In this document: in pieces, positions 1 to 7,867 of the stretch | Layout of the letters: each line of letters opens with the position of its first letter | Position numbering within the stretch: position 1 is the stretch's first letter | Assembly (NCBI GenBank): GCA_002686465.1 | Contig: NZCP01000012.1 | Location: forward strand, 1 to 48,254 | Origin: Candidatus Woesebacteria bacterium | Lineage (GTDB): Bacteria; Patescibacteriota; Microgenomatia; UBA8517; UBA10165 | Direction: 5' to 3' | DNA length: 48,254 nucleotides | Position numbers and translations under genes: made by a program | The notes under the pieces: model-generated | Told to the model about the DNA's origin: nothing | The model's input: the letters and a program-made list of their open reading frames with translations, nothing else | The model's database searches: none

Positions 1-876
1 CCCCGGGTTTGCAATCGGCAGAGGCGGCAATCCTGTATTTGTGTATGTATTGTAGGACGACCTTCGTTCCTTGTCCGCAGCTGTGGGAACCTTCCACCAA
101 TCACAACCAAAAGGAAAACTTCCAGTCTTTACAACACATCTTTGATTACCAACTAAGTATTGGAGAGTAGCATCAGTTTGGAGCGGCCAACCAGCATCTA
201 ATCTCTTAAGCAAGATTCCAGCAACAATTGGTCTTTCCGCACCCGTTAGTGTTTCGCGCTCAACAATAGAGGCAAGAGTAACAACTTCACCAAAACCCAA
301 GCCCCTTGTATTGCCGTCGGAAATCATCTTACTTGTAACTTTAGCGCCAATTGTTGAGCGAAGTTTGTCGACAACAACTCTGGCCGTAACATCCCTTGGA
401 AAGAGGTATGTGTCTGGAAATAGAAATCCCTCTTTTCCTTCCGATTCCTTCATAAACTCCTTAGCAAATTCAAGACTAGTTGCCTGATCCATACCTAGTG
501 ATTTTGTGGTTCTTTCCGCAAGCTCTTCGCGTCGCAAACCCTCAGGATATGTCACCCATAACTCTCTTGGCCCCCTTAGAAGTACATCAACCATTTGTGC
601 CAAGCCAAGATTTTGAGAAAGGAGATAATCACCCGCCTGTATTGACTTTGTCCTTCCTGTCACCTGTACATAAAGACGAAAGGCAAGATTGCTTTTGACA
701 AGTCTTTTTTCTTCTAAACGCGAGGCAATTTTTTCGGCTGATTGGCCTTTTGGAATAACAAACCCTTGTAAATCCTCATTATCTTTGTCGACCGGGCCAG
801 ACGCATTACTCCACCAAAGAAAAATAAGTACTGAGACAAGAATTATAAATAATGGGGGAAAAATAGCCCGTTTCAT
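1..876 (-). CDS. mltG: Endolytic transglycosylase MltG (YceG family), 3' end truncated by the window edge
   Basis: Not in the ORF track. Manual translation from ATG 876: MKRAIFPPLFIILVSVLIFLWW (TM) ...IQAGDY...YPEGLR...EGFLFPDTYLF...TLASIVERE...LQTDATLQY...SYNTYTNTGLPPLPIANPG, the hallmark MltG motifs. Confidence 0.95.
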   Translation of the reverse strand, partial: MKRAIFPPLFIILVSVLIFLWWSNASGPVDKDNEDLQGFVIPKGQSAEKIASRLEEKRLVKSNLAFRLYVQVTGRTKSIQAGDYLLSQNLGLAQMVDVLLRGPRELWVTYPEGLRREELAERTTKSLGMDQATSLEFAKEFMKESEGKEGFLFPDTYLFPRDVTARVVVDKLRSTIGAKVTSKMISDGNTRGLGFGEVVTLASIVERETLTGAERPIVAGILLKRLDAGWPLQTDATLQYLVGNQRCVVKTGSFPFGCDWWKVPTAADKERRSSYNTYTNTGLPPLPIANPG

Positions 877-886
877 CAAAGTGAGG

Positions 887-1117
887 TTAAACTTCTTCAA
901 GAAGGGCACGTCGATACTTTTTGTTAGTTGCATCATGGATAAAAATCCTCCCACAACTGCAAGCAACTTTTTCATCTCCTTTTTTACTTTTGACACTTTC
1001 TCCAACAGATAGCGGAGTTCCACAACCCACACATCTACCTTGAGACAAGAGCCACGCCTGAACCGGCGCGATAACATTTTTGAAGACTCGTGGAATTCTT
1101 ACTCTTTTTTTTGCCAT
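887..1117 (-). CDS. Small basic zinc-ribbon protein, function unknown
   Basis: CVGC...CSC motif pair in 76 aa; co-oriented between ruvX and mltG with short spacers. Confidence 0.75.
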   Translation of the reverse strand: MAKKRVRIPRVFKNVIAPVQAWLLSQGRCVGCGTPLSVGESVKSKKGDEKVACSCGRIFIHDATNKKYRRALLEEV

Positions 1118-1145
1118 GATACCCTGATAACAGAAAGCCTAAATC

Positions 1146-1541
1146 TTACTTACTACCTTTAGCTGAATCTAAGTACGATTGTAGCATAACAGAGGCTGCA
1201 AATGCATCTTCGAGAACCCGCCGTTTTTTTTGTGGTAGGCCTGCCTCTATCGCAAGCGTTTGTGCATCTTGGGTGGTTAATGTTTCATCCCATGTTTCTA
1301 TTGGAACTTTAAGATGCTTTTCGAGCTCTTGGACAAATTCTGTCTGCTCATCTGCTATATTGCCCTCGGCTATACCAACAATCACCTTTTCTACCTCTTC
1401 CTCTTTTACTACCTGAACGATTTTCTCTATTGCATCTTGCACAGAGTTAACCTTGACAACTTTTAATGGGTCTGCCAACTTCCCTTCTGCCACCGCAATA
1501 CCAATCTTTGCTCTGCCATAATCAACCCCTAATATCTTCAT
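1146..1541 (-). CDS. ruvX: YqgF/RuvX pre-16S rRNA nuclease / resolvase-like protein
   Basis: ILGVDYGRAKIGIA, VIVG, WDETLTT and DAFAASVMLQSYL motifs. Confidence 0.93.
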   Translation of the reverse strand: MKILGVDYGRAKIGIAVAEGKLADPLKVVKVNSVQDAIEKIVQVVKEEEVEKVIVGIAEGNIADEQTEFVQELEKHLKVPIETWDETLTTQDAQTLAIEAGLPQKKRRVLEDAFAASVMLQSYLDSAKGSK

Positions 1542-2212
1542 ATTTGACTAGGCGGTACAAGCCTCCCTCTCACAACCAGTCTTTTCAGGTATGTCCCCGG
1601 AGGGACGCAGGTAATCAAAGTAAGATAAGAGTCATCGTATCTTTGCTCAAGAACTTGGACGTCGGTCGGTCTTACTTCAAACATTTCCTCAATTCTAAAA
1701 CTGTAAGTAATACCATCATATTCTAGTTTTACGATGTTACCCTTCTCAACGGTCGGCAAAGTAGAAAAGATAGATAGATAATTCTCGGGGTCAAAAAGTT
1801 GAGGCAAGGTCGAGTGCCCAAAAATGACTGTGTTTCCGGGTCGACCCGGAAGCGCAGTCCCTTGGTAATGAATGAGACTCTCGGCAAGATCATCTCCTCC
1901 AATTTCTACACTTGCACCATCAATCTTAAGACCTGGAATAGAAAGATTGTAATAGTTAACTTTAGAAGGGGTGTCGTCTAGACCCGGAGACCCAACAAAC
2001 CAATTCCTCGCTTTGGTCAAATTTAATGGGTAGGCTTCAGTAGTACCTCTATTACTACCTGTTGAAATCGGCGAAACAAGTTCCTCGCGCAAAGTCAGAT
2101 GCGTTGCGGCAAAAAGTTCGTAGCTCAAAATTGGCCAACCGGCATTTACTAGAAGAACCAGGCCTATTACAACCAAACCCAAAGAAACTACTCTTGAAAT
2201 TTTTCCCTTCAC
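1538..2212 (-). CDS. Sortase (class D/E-like)
   Basis: N-terminal TM; HYQGTALPG, GHS (His), LTLITC (Cys), KRLVVRG (Arg) catalytic triad. Confidence 0.93.
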   Translation of the reverse strand: MKGKISRVVSLGLVVIGLVLLVNAGWPILSYELFAATHLTLREELVSPISTGSNRGTTEAYPLNLTKARNWFVGSPGLDDTPSKVNYYNLSIPGLKIDGASVEIGGDDLAESLIHYQGTALPGRPGNTVIFGHSTLPQLFDPENYLSIFSTLPTVEKGNIVKLEYDGITYSFRIEEMFEVRPTDVQVLEQRYDDSYLTLITCVPPGTYLKRLVVRGRLVPPSQI

Positions 2213-4485
2213 CGCTCTGCTGCCACCTCAATTATAATATTGTCGCTTAAACGAGGGAGTGTTCCAAGCTTTCCTGGCAATTTTAGACTGAAGGAAATTT
2301 CTACCCTTGCGAATCCAGGAATTGTTGCAAGGTACTCTTTTGCAACAGGAGGATATTTGCCAGCGATTGCCTCAGCAATTTCGTCGGGGTTCACTTTGGG
2401 CAAAAGATTCGCTTTAATTTCTGCAACAAGCGCACTGGTCTCTTCCTCATCCTCTGCCACTTCTGCCCTTTTATAAGTAATCTCAATTTGGTCCGGGCGA
2501 AGCGTAAATCCTTCTGGGACATCTTTTTCAATTTCTGAATTAATAAGACTTTCAACACCGTCCACAAGCAAAGCTGTGGCAACAATGTCTGCGTTAATAG
2601 TCAACTTTAATGTTGTGGTTTCCTCACCTAACTTATGACTGAACGAATTCTCAACCGCCCGTAGGTAGACTGAATCTTCAACTAAAACTTCTCCTTCTGC
2701 TGCGTCTTTTTTTAACTCTTCTATACCGCGTTCCAAAAGCTCACGAGTTAACTCATCTGTCAAAGTATCCCTGTCTTCTTCTGAGACCGCTGCCACAGAA
2801 CGCGAAGTTCCGCCCGATAGTGCCTCTGTATTTTGGGCAACAAAGTCAGCCTTAGAAAAATTGCCAACAGAAAACTCTGTGGTACCTGCTAAATTATATT
2901 GTGCCCCAATGTCCGCAGCTGTTACGGATGCTGGCACCTTGGCAGCATTTGTAATACTGCTGCCAGTTGCCACGGAGGCAGACTCATCAAGTATAAACTT
3001 CAACCCGTTTGGACCCAATAATACAGTCCCGCTTTTCAGTATGGTTGCAGCTCCAACATGGTGTATGATAACTTGACCTTTTGCTCGATCACCAATGGTC
3101 TTTGCACCCGAGGTTGAAGTCGTCTTCTCTCCCGAAACTATACTTTCAACAACTTTCCCCGGTACTATTTTATTTGCGTTATCTACAACCGAAAGTTTTG
3201 GATCGACGCCAAACTCCAGACTCTTTTCAAGTTTCTCAGGAGAAACATAAATAGTTACTTTTGCCTTTGGCAAATACCAATAAGCCAAGATGCCAGCTAA
3301 GAAAAGAAGAATGAGTCCGACTCCAGCTATAATTAGTAATCGCATACCGCCTCCTCCAAAAGAAAATGATGGCAGAGTTAATGATAAACCACTGAATATA
3401 CCAGATACCTTAGAAAGAAGCGAAGCCGTCTGTTCTTTTCTAACATCTTGTCCAGATGGGACCGGCAGTTCTTGAGGCTGAGGAGGTGTTCCTGCTGGTA
3501 TTTGCCCTTCTCCTATCTCATCCTTTGACGTCACCTGCTCTCCTATATCGACTGTTTGGGGCTTACTGCTGGCAACATCCGCACCTTGCAGAAATCCTAG
3601 CTCTTCGGGTGAGACTTCCCGAAGCTCCTTTTCCGGGGCCACTTCCTCATTTGACTCTTCACTCTCTGCACTTTTTTCCTCCTCAACCCCAAAAGAGTCC
3701 TCCTCGTCTTTCGGTAAAACTACTGTTTTTGCGTGTCCAACTTCTGCTCCTCCCGCCAAGGAAACAGCAGAAACACCAATATCCTCGGGCAAAATTTCAA
3801 CCTTAGGTGTGTGAAGAAAGGTAACCTTACTATCCTTCCATTCTGCGTCAATAAGGTTTTGTCTCGCCTCATCCAAATTCTCAGCCCGGTGGTTGTAAAG
3901 AAGTATGCGCGATGGGTACTGGTCAAGATCTGGCAGTCTAGCTAAACCTTCTGCAACGTCCGCACCTAAAGAAATGCTTCTGGCAACTTCAACAGTCCCA
4001 AGCATCTTGCCGTTATATACAAGAGCAACCTCAATAGAATCTTCGCTAAGGCCAACAAGAAGACAGTTTGGGGGCGCACCTTCTTTTACTTTTAAAAAAT
4101 GGACAATTGATTCTGGTATGGCAACAAACCCTGCTGGGGTCAGCTCCAGCTCTTGGGAAAGTTTTTTCAAAAGACGCAGGCGGTCCTCTTGAATCGATCC
4201 TTCCTCGGACCAAGAAGACGGTAATCCAAATACAACCTTGCTTGGTTCCTTCACATCCTCCTCGAGACTTGCCGCGGCAGCAGAAAGAGAACTATCACAA
4301 GCCGATACCAAACTTTCATCATCTCCCTCCTGCCAAGAGCCGATCCCCCCTTGTGCAATCACCTCGGCTTTTTCGTCAACAACCCTCCAAATACCTGATT
4401 CAACCCAACTGTCGCCTATAACTAAGCTCCAGAAAAGCTCTGTTTCTTGACTATCACCTTTTTTGAAAATATTACCTAAAACCAT
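2209..4485 (-). CDS. Bitopic membrane protein: FtsA/actin-like N-domain, acidic linker, TM, outer domain resembling baseplate-J/gp47
   Basis: 758 aa ORF with one TM (LLIIAGVGLILLFLAGILAYWYLP). RAKGQVII...LKSGTVL...GLKFILD...VTAADIGAQYN resembles baseplate-J-like domains. Domain calls are by eye. Confidence 0.6.
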   Translation of the reverse strand: MVLGNIFKKGDSQETELFWSLVIGDSWVESGIWRVVDEKAEVIAQGGIGSWQEGDDESLVSACDSSLSAAAASLEEDVKEPSKVVFGLPSSWSEEGSIQEDRLRLLKKLSQELELTPAGFVAIPESIVHFLKVKEGAPPNCLLVGLSEDSIEVALVYNGKMLGTVEVARSISLGADVAEGLARLPDLDQYPSRILLYNHRAENLDEARQNLIDAEWKDSKVTFLHTPKVEILPEDIGVSAVSLAGGAEVGHAKTVVLPKDEEDSFGVEEEKSAESEESNEEVAPEKELREVSPEELGFLQGADVASSKPQTVDIGEQVTSKDEIGEGQIPAGTPPQPQELPVPSGQDVRKEQTASLLSKVSGIFSGLSLTLPSFSFGGGGMRLLIIAGVGLILLFLAGILAYWYLPKAKVTIYVSPEKLEKSLEFGVDPKLSVVDNANKIVPGKVVESIVSGEKTTSTSGAKTIGDRAKGQVIIHHVGAATILKSGTVLLGPNGLKFILDESASVATGSSITNAAKVPASVTAADIGAQYNLAGTTEFSVGNFSKADFVAQNTEALSGGTSRSVAAVSEEDRDTLTDELTRELLERGIEELKKDAAEGEVLVEDSVYLRAVENSFSHKLGEETTTLKLTINADIVATALLVDGVESLINSEIEKDVPEGFTLRPDQIEITYKRAEVAEDEEETSALVAEIKANLLPKVNPDEIAEAIAGKYPPVAKEYLATIPGFARVEISFSLKLPGKLGTLPRLSDNIIIEVAAER

Positions 4486-4499
4486 AAGTTCGTTAGAAA

Positions 4500-4568
4500 G
4501 TAACAGGTAACATGTAACAAGAAAGCCTTGAAGTTAGAACTCTCAACCTGTCACTTGTTACTTGTCAC
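4500..4568. repeat. Inverted heptamer array pair with no gene between the arms
   Basis: GTAACAG GTAACAT GTAACAA G (4500-4521), 25-nt spacer, CCTGTCA CTTGTTA CTTGTCA C (4547-4568). Confidence 0.9.
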
Positions 4569-6333
4569 TAATTACTGCATATATCCGGCGCACGCCAGCT
4601 CCTGCGGATTCTTCCTTTGTAATTTTAACATGCCCTAACTCTTTCGTGTTATCGACGTGCGGACCCCCACAAACCTCTTTCGAAAAGACTTGTCCTGAGG
4701 ACATTCGGCTGAGCTCAGTCGAAGCCCCTGTCGAAGGACTAATCGAATATACCTTGACACGATCTCCATATTTTTCTCCAAAGAAGGCAAGAGCACCCTC
4801 CTTTATTGCCGCGTCATATGTTGACTCGCGCGATGTGACTGGCAACCCCTCTTTAATCTTCTCGTTCATTAAATCTTCGACTTTCTTTACCTCCTCCTGG
4901 CCCAGAGCTTTCGGATGAGAAAAATCAAACCGCAAACGCTCTGACGTTATGTTCGAACCCTTCTGCTCTACATGTTTCCCCAAGATAGTGCGCAGGGATT
5001 GATGCAAAAGATGTGTTGCAGTATGCAACTTTCGGGTCGCAGGACTATCTTCTGCCAGTCCGCCTTTGAACATTCCACCAGAGGCAGTTCGCGAAAGATC
5101 CTGGTGTTTTTTAAATTCCTTCTCGAATTGCTTGTGGTCAATCTTTTGTCCTTTTTCCTCAAACAATTCTTCTGTTATTTCTAAAGGAAAGCCATAAGAC
5201 TGATAAAGGTCAAAAGCAATCTTCCCATCGATTTTTTTAATCTTGCCAACTTCTTTCATACCTCTATCTAAGCTTTTTGCGAACCGCTCCAGTTCTTCTC
5301 CAATCACATCCTGAGCCTTCTTCTCATCTACTAGATCTGCTACTTTCGATACAGGAGAGCCAAGAGCATGCATTTTGACCGCCGCTCGGCGCAAAAGCCG
5401 ACGGAGTATGTAACCATGAAGTTTATTTGCAGGTAGTACACCATCTTTAACAAGGGCAATAGAGGCTCGCGTGTGGTCTGCTATTACTCTCATTGCTGGC
5501 TGGCTGGCTGGGTCAGAGTATTTTTTACCTGACCATTCTTCTATATCACTTATCATTTTTGAAAAAAGATCAATTGCGAATACATCCGAGTCGCCCTTGA
5601 CTGCTGCAGCGAGTCTTTCCAGACCTCCTCCAAAATCAACACTTTTTTGTGGCAGCTCTTCTAGCCCGCTTTTAGTTTTTTTATATTCGATAAAGACAGA
5701 ATTTCCTATTTCTAGGAACCTCCCACAGTCGCAATTCGGATGACACTCCTTGCCATACTTGGGGTCATGCTTTGTGCCAAAGTCGTAAAAAACCTCAGAA
5801 TCTGGTCCGCCTATATCACCCTCTACCATATTGTCGGGTGTTCCAGAACGAGACCACCAATTATTATCTACCCCATACCAAAAAATCCTATCTTCAGGAA
5901 TCCCTAAATTTTTCCAGATAGCAGCTGATTCTTCATCTTTGGCAACACCATCGCCTCCTTCAAAAAGGGTGACATAAAGTTTTTCTTTGGGGAGCCCTAA
6001 CTCTTTCGTCAAGAATTCATAAAACCAGCTCAACTGTTCCTCTTTAAAGTAGTCTCCCAAAGACCAGTTGCCAAGCATTTCAAAAAAAGTTGTATGACGG
6101 TTATCGCCAACTTCCTCTATATCTTCTAAACGCAAGGAAGGTTGGGAATTTACTAATCGTTTACCCTCCGGGTGGTCTTTACCAAGAATATAGGGAACTA
6201 GAGGTTGCATGCCGGCGGAAACAAAAAGTGTTGTCGGATCGTTTTCTGGCACAAGTGGGCTAGATGGAATATGTTTATGCCCACGTTTTTCAAAAAACTT
6301 AATAAATTTTTCGCGAATTTCGTCGGAGGTCAT
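4558..6333 (-). CDS. alaS: Alanine--tRNA ligase, short form without C-Ala domain
   Basis: LFVSAGMQP, RHTTFFEMLGNWSLGDYFK, DFGGGLERL, HTATHLLH, EVCGGPHV, GVRRIYA. Start placed at MTSDEIREKF because the ORF-track ATG (6366) lies inside a TGnTAGAAT -10 box. Confidence 0.97.
   Translation of the reverse strand: MTSDEIREKFIKFFEKRGHKHIPSSPLVPENDPTTLFVSAGMQPLVPYILGKDHPEGKRLVNSQPSLRLEDIEEVGDNRHTTFFEMLGNWSLGDYFKEEQLSWFYEFLTKELGLPKEKLYVTLFEGGDGVAKDEESAAIWKNLGIPEDRIFWYGVDNNWWSRSGTPDNMVEGDIGGPDSEVFYDFGTKHDPKYGKECHPNCDCGRFLEIGNSVFIEYKKTKSGLEELPQKSVDFGGGLERLAAAVKGDSDVFAIDLFSKMISDIEEWSGKKYSDPASQPAMRVIADHTRASIALVKDGVLPANKLHGYILRRLLRRAAVKMHALGSPVSKVADLVDEKKAQDVIGEELERFAKSLDRGMKEVGKIKKIDGKIAFDLYQSYGFPLEITEELFEEKGQKIDHKQFEKEFKKHQDLSRTASGGMFKGGLAEDSPATRKLHTATHLLHQSLRTILGKHVEQKGSNITSERLRFDFSHPKALGQEEVKKVEDLMNEKIKEGLPVTSRESTYDAAIKEGALAFFGEKYGDRVKVYSISPSTGASTELSRMSSGQVFSKEVCGGPHVDNTKELGHVKITKEESAGAGVRRIYAVISDK
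4689..4738. repeat. Nested palindromic element in frame within alaS
   Basis: CTTGTCCTGAG + [27-nt insert containing the palindrome TTCGGCTGAGCTCAGTCGAA] + CCTGTCGAAGGA; encodes SPSTGASTELSRMSSGQV. Confidence 0.85.
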
Positions 6334-6395
6334 GATGGAATCGCCCTTTTGGGATAGTAGGGTCATTCTACCAAATCATGCTTAGTAGTAACACC

Positions 6396-6803
6396 CTAGG
6401 AACTCAAAGGCTTCCCATCTTTGTGGAAACGGCGACCACGCTCTTGAAGAGTTTTGATATGTTGATGGCCTGAATCTTCCTCATTCCCGTTTTGGTCATC
6501 CAATAGTTTCCCCTCAAGATCCACTCCGGTTTCATCCTTTTCCCGCTTTACAGCTTTTCTCTTGTTGGAAAGAAGCTCTACAAGATTCTTAATACCCTTA
6601 AGTCCATCAACAAACCCAGCAAAGCCAACGATCGGCCGAGCTACTGAGCTTGAAATCAGATTTGCGTCGGTTAAGATCTTGTTAAACTTTTTTACAGTCT
6701 GCTTTGTCTCGCGAAGAATAAAAAATACCTGAATTCCAACAACAACAAGGAGCACTGTTAAAAGTGCAACAACAGAGAAGAGTAATATTTGTGTGGGTTC
6801 CAT
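6396..6803 (-). CDS. Membrane-anchored hypothetical protein (DUF948/YoxC-like architecture)
   Basis: N-terminal TM then amphipathic/coiled region; start set at MEPTQILL. Confidence 0.6.
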   Translation of the reverse strand: MEPTQILLFSVVALLTVLLVVVGIQVFFILRETKQTVKKFNKILTDANLISSSVARPIVGFAGFVDGLKGIKNLVELLSNKRKAVKREKDETGVDLEGKLLDDQNGNEEDSGHQHIKTLQERGRRFHKDGKPLSS

Positions 6804-6837
6804 AGTCGCAGTTTCAGAGTACATTACTCACACTTGG

Positions 6838-7443
6838 TCAGTCAATACTGTGTCGAAGTGTTGTTGTCTTTCCAGCCCGAGAAGTAGCCTCAATTTCGAC
6901 TATTCCGTCAACTATATCTTGTTTCCCCAACTGCACACTAAAGCTTCCGTTTTCCTCAACCAATACAGCTTGTCCTACAACTTCAACAGTTGCATTAGGC
7001 GAAGTTTTACCAGAAATTACTATCCTCTCTGCATTTGCGGTGTCTATAACCTCCAAAGGCGGCGGAGCTACAAAAACCATATATTGTCGCACCAAGTAAA
7101 ACGCCAAAACTAAAATTGTAACGGCAGAAACTGCCAGAATGGTTGTCTTTGGAGTCCAAAGCGGCACCGATCCTAAAGGCGCATTGACGTTTTGGGATAT
7201 AGTCTGTATTTGGGGAAAATCACGACGCAGGAGTGCTGCCACAAGTTCTGGGTCAACACTAACTATTTGGGCATAGCTCTTAGCAAAACCGCAAGCTACT
7301 GAAAAGTTAGGCAAAGACTCCCAATCAGAAGACTCAAGAGCTTTTAAGAACTTTTCTTTTATCTTTGTCTGTCCTGATATTTGGGCAAGTGATTTTTTTC
7401 TCCTCTTTCTTGCTTCTATCAGAAGCAAACCAGCTGTTTTCAT
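6838..7443 (-). CDS. RodZ-like protein (HTH_25, TM, small Ig-like domain)
   Basis: GLLLIEARKRRKKSLAQISGQTKIKEKFLKALESSDWESLP...GFAKSYA; central TM; lies downstream of ftsK. Confidence 0.85.
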   Translation of the reverse strand: MKTAGLLLIEARKRRKKSLAQISGQTKIKEKFLKALESSDWESLPNFSVACGFAKSYAQIVSVDPELVAALLRRDFPQIQTISQNVNAPLGSVPLWTPKTTILAVSAVTILVLAFYLVRQYMVFVAPPPLEVIDTANAERIVISGKTSPNATVEVVGQAVLVEENGSFSVQLGKQDIVDGIVEIEATSRAGKTTTLRHSID

Positions 7444-7451
7444 AACAATAA

Positions 7452-7487
7452 GTTAAAAGTTATATGTGACATGTAACATGTTAATAG
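7452..7487. repeat. Heptamer array 3' of the four-helix-bundle gene
   Basis: GTTAAAA GTTATAT GTGACAT GTAACAT GTTAATA G fills most of the intergenic space. Confidence 0.85.
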
Positions 7488-7488
7488 A

Positions 7489-7842
7489 TTACTGTGACTT
7501 CATAAGTTTCCATAGAACTTTACCACAATTTTCTCTTAACTCAGAGGCTTTCTTGTAATCTGCGGCTGGAACATACTTCCTTTTAAGAGCAAACTGGAGA
7601 AGATAGTCTGCCTCTGCCAAAGATCCTAAAGATATTCTCAAAAAATGCCTGAACTCATTTTTGTTGTGTCTAGAATGTCCTTCCACTATATTCAGTGGAA
7701 CTGATAACACCGCTCTTCTTAACTGGGAAGTTAAACCATAAAGCTCGTGTTTTGGGAGTTTATCAGTTAGTTTGTAAACTGTCCACGCTAATTCGTCCGC
7801 AAGTTGCCAGGCTATTAATCTTTTGTATCCCACTTCCTGCAT
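7489..7842 (-). CDS. Four-helix-bundle protein (23S rRNA IVP / Avd-like family)
   Basis: YKRLIAWQLA...YKLTDKLPKHELYGLTSQLRRAVLSVPLNIVEG...EFRHFLRISLGSLAE is the family signature. TTG at 7845 is an alternative start. Confidence 0.95.
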   Translation of the reverse strand: MQEVGYKRLIAWQLADELAWTVYKLTDKLPKHELYGLTSQLRRAVLSVPLNIVEGHSRHNKNEFRHFLRISLGSLAEADYLLQFALKRKYVPAADYKKASELRENCGKVLWKLMKSQ

Positions 7843-7845
7843 CAA

Positions 7846-7867
7846 CTTGTTACCTGTTACTTGTCAC
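7846..7867. repeat. Heptamer array 5' of the four-helix-bundle gene, inverted relative to 7452-7487
   Basis: CTTGTTA CCTGTTA CTTGTCA C between the ftsK stop and the gene start. Confidence 0.9.

Noticed and set aside
2209..4485. Prophage or contractile injection system
   Set aside because: Only one tentative baseplate-like domain, on a membrane protein among housekeeping genes; no sheath, tube, terminase or integrase.
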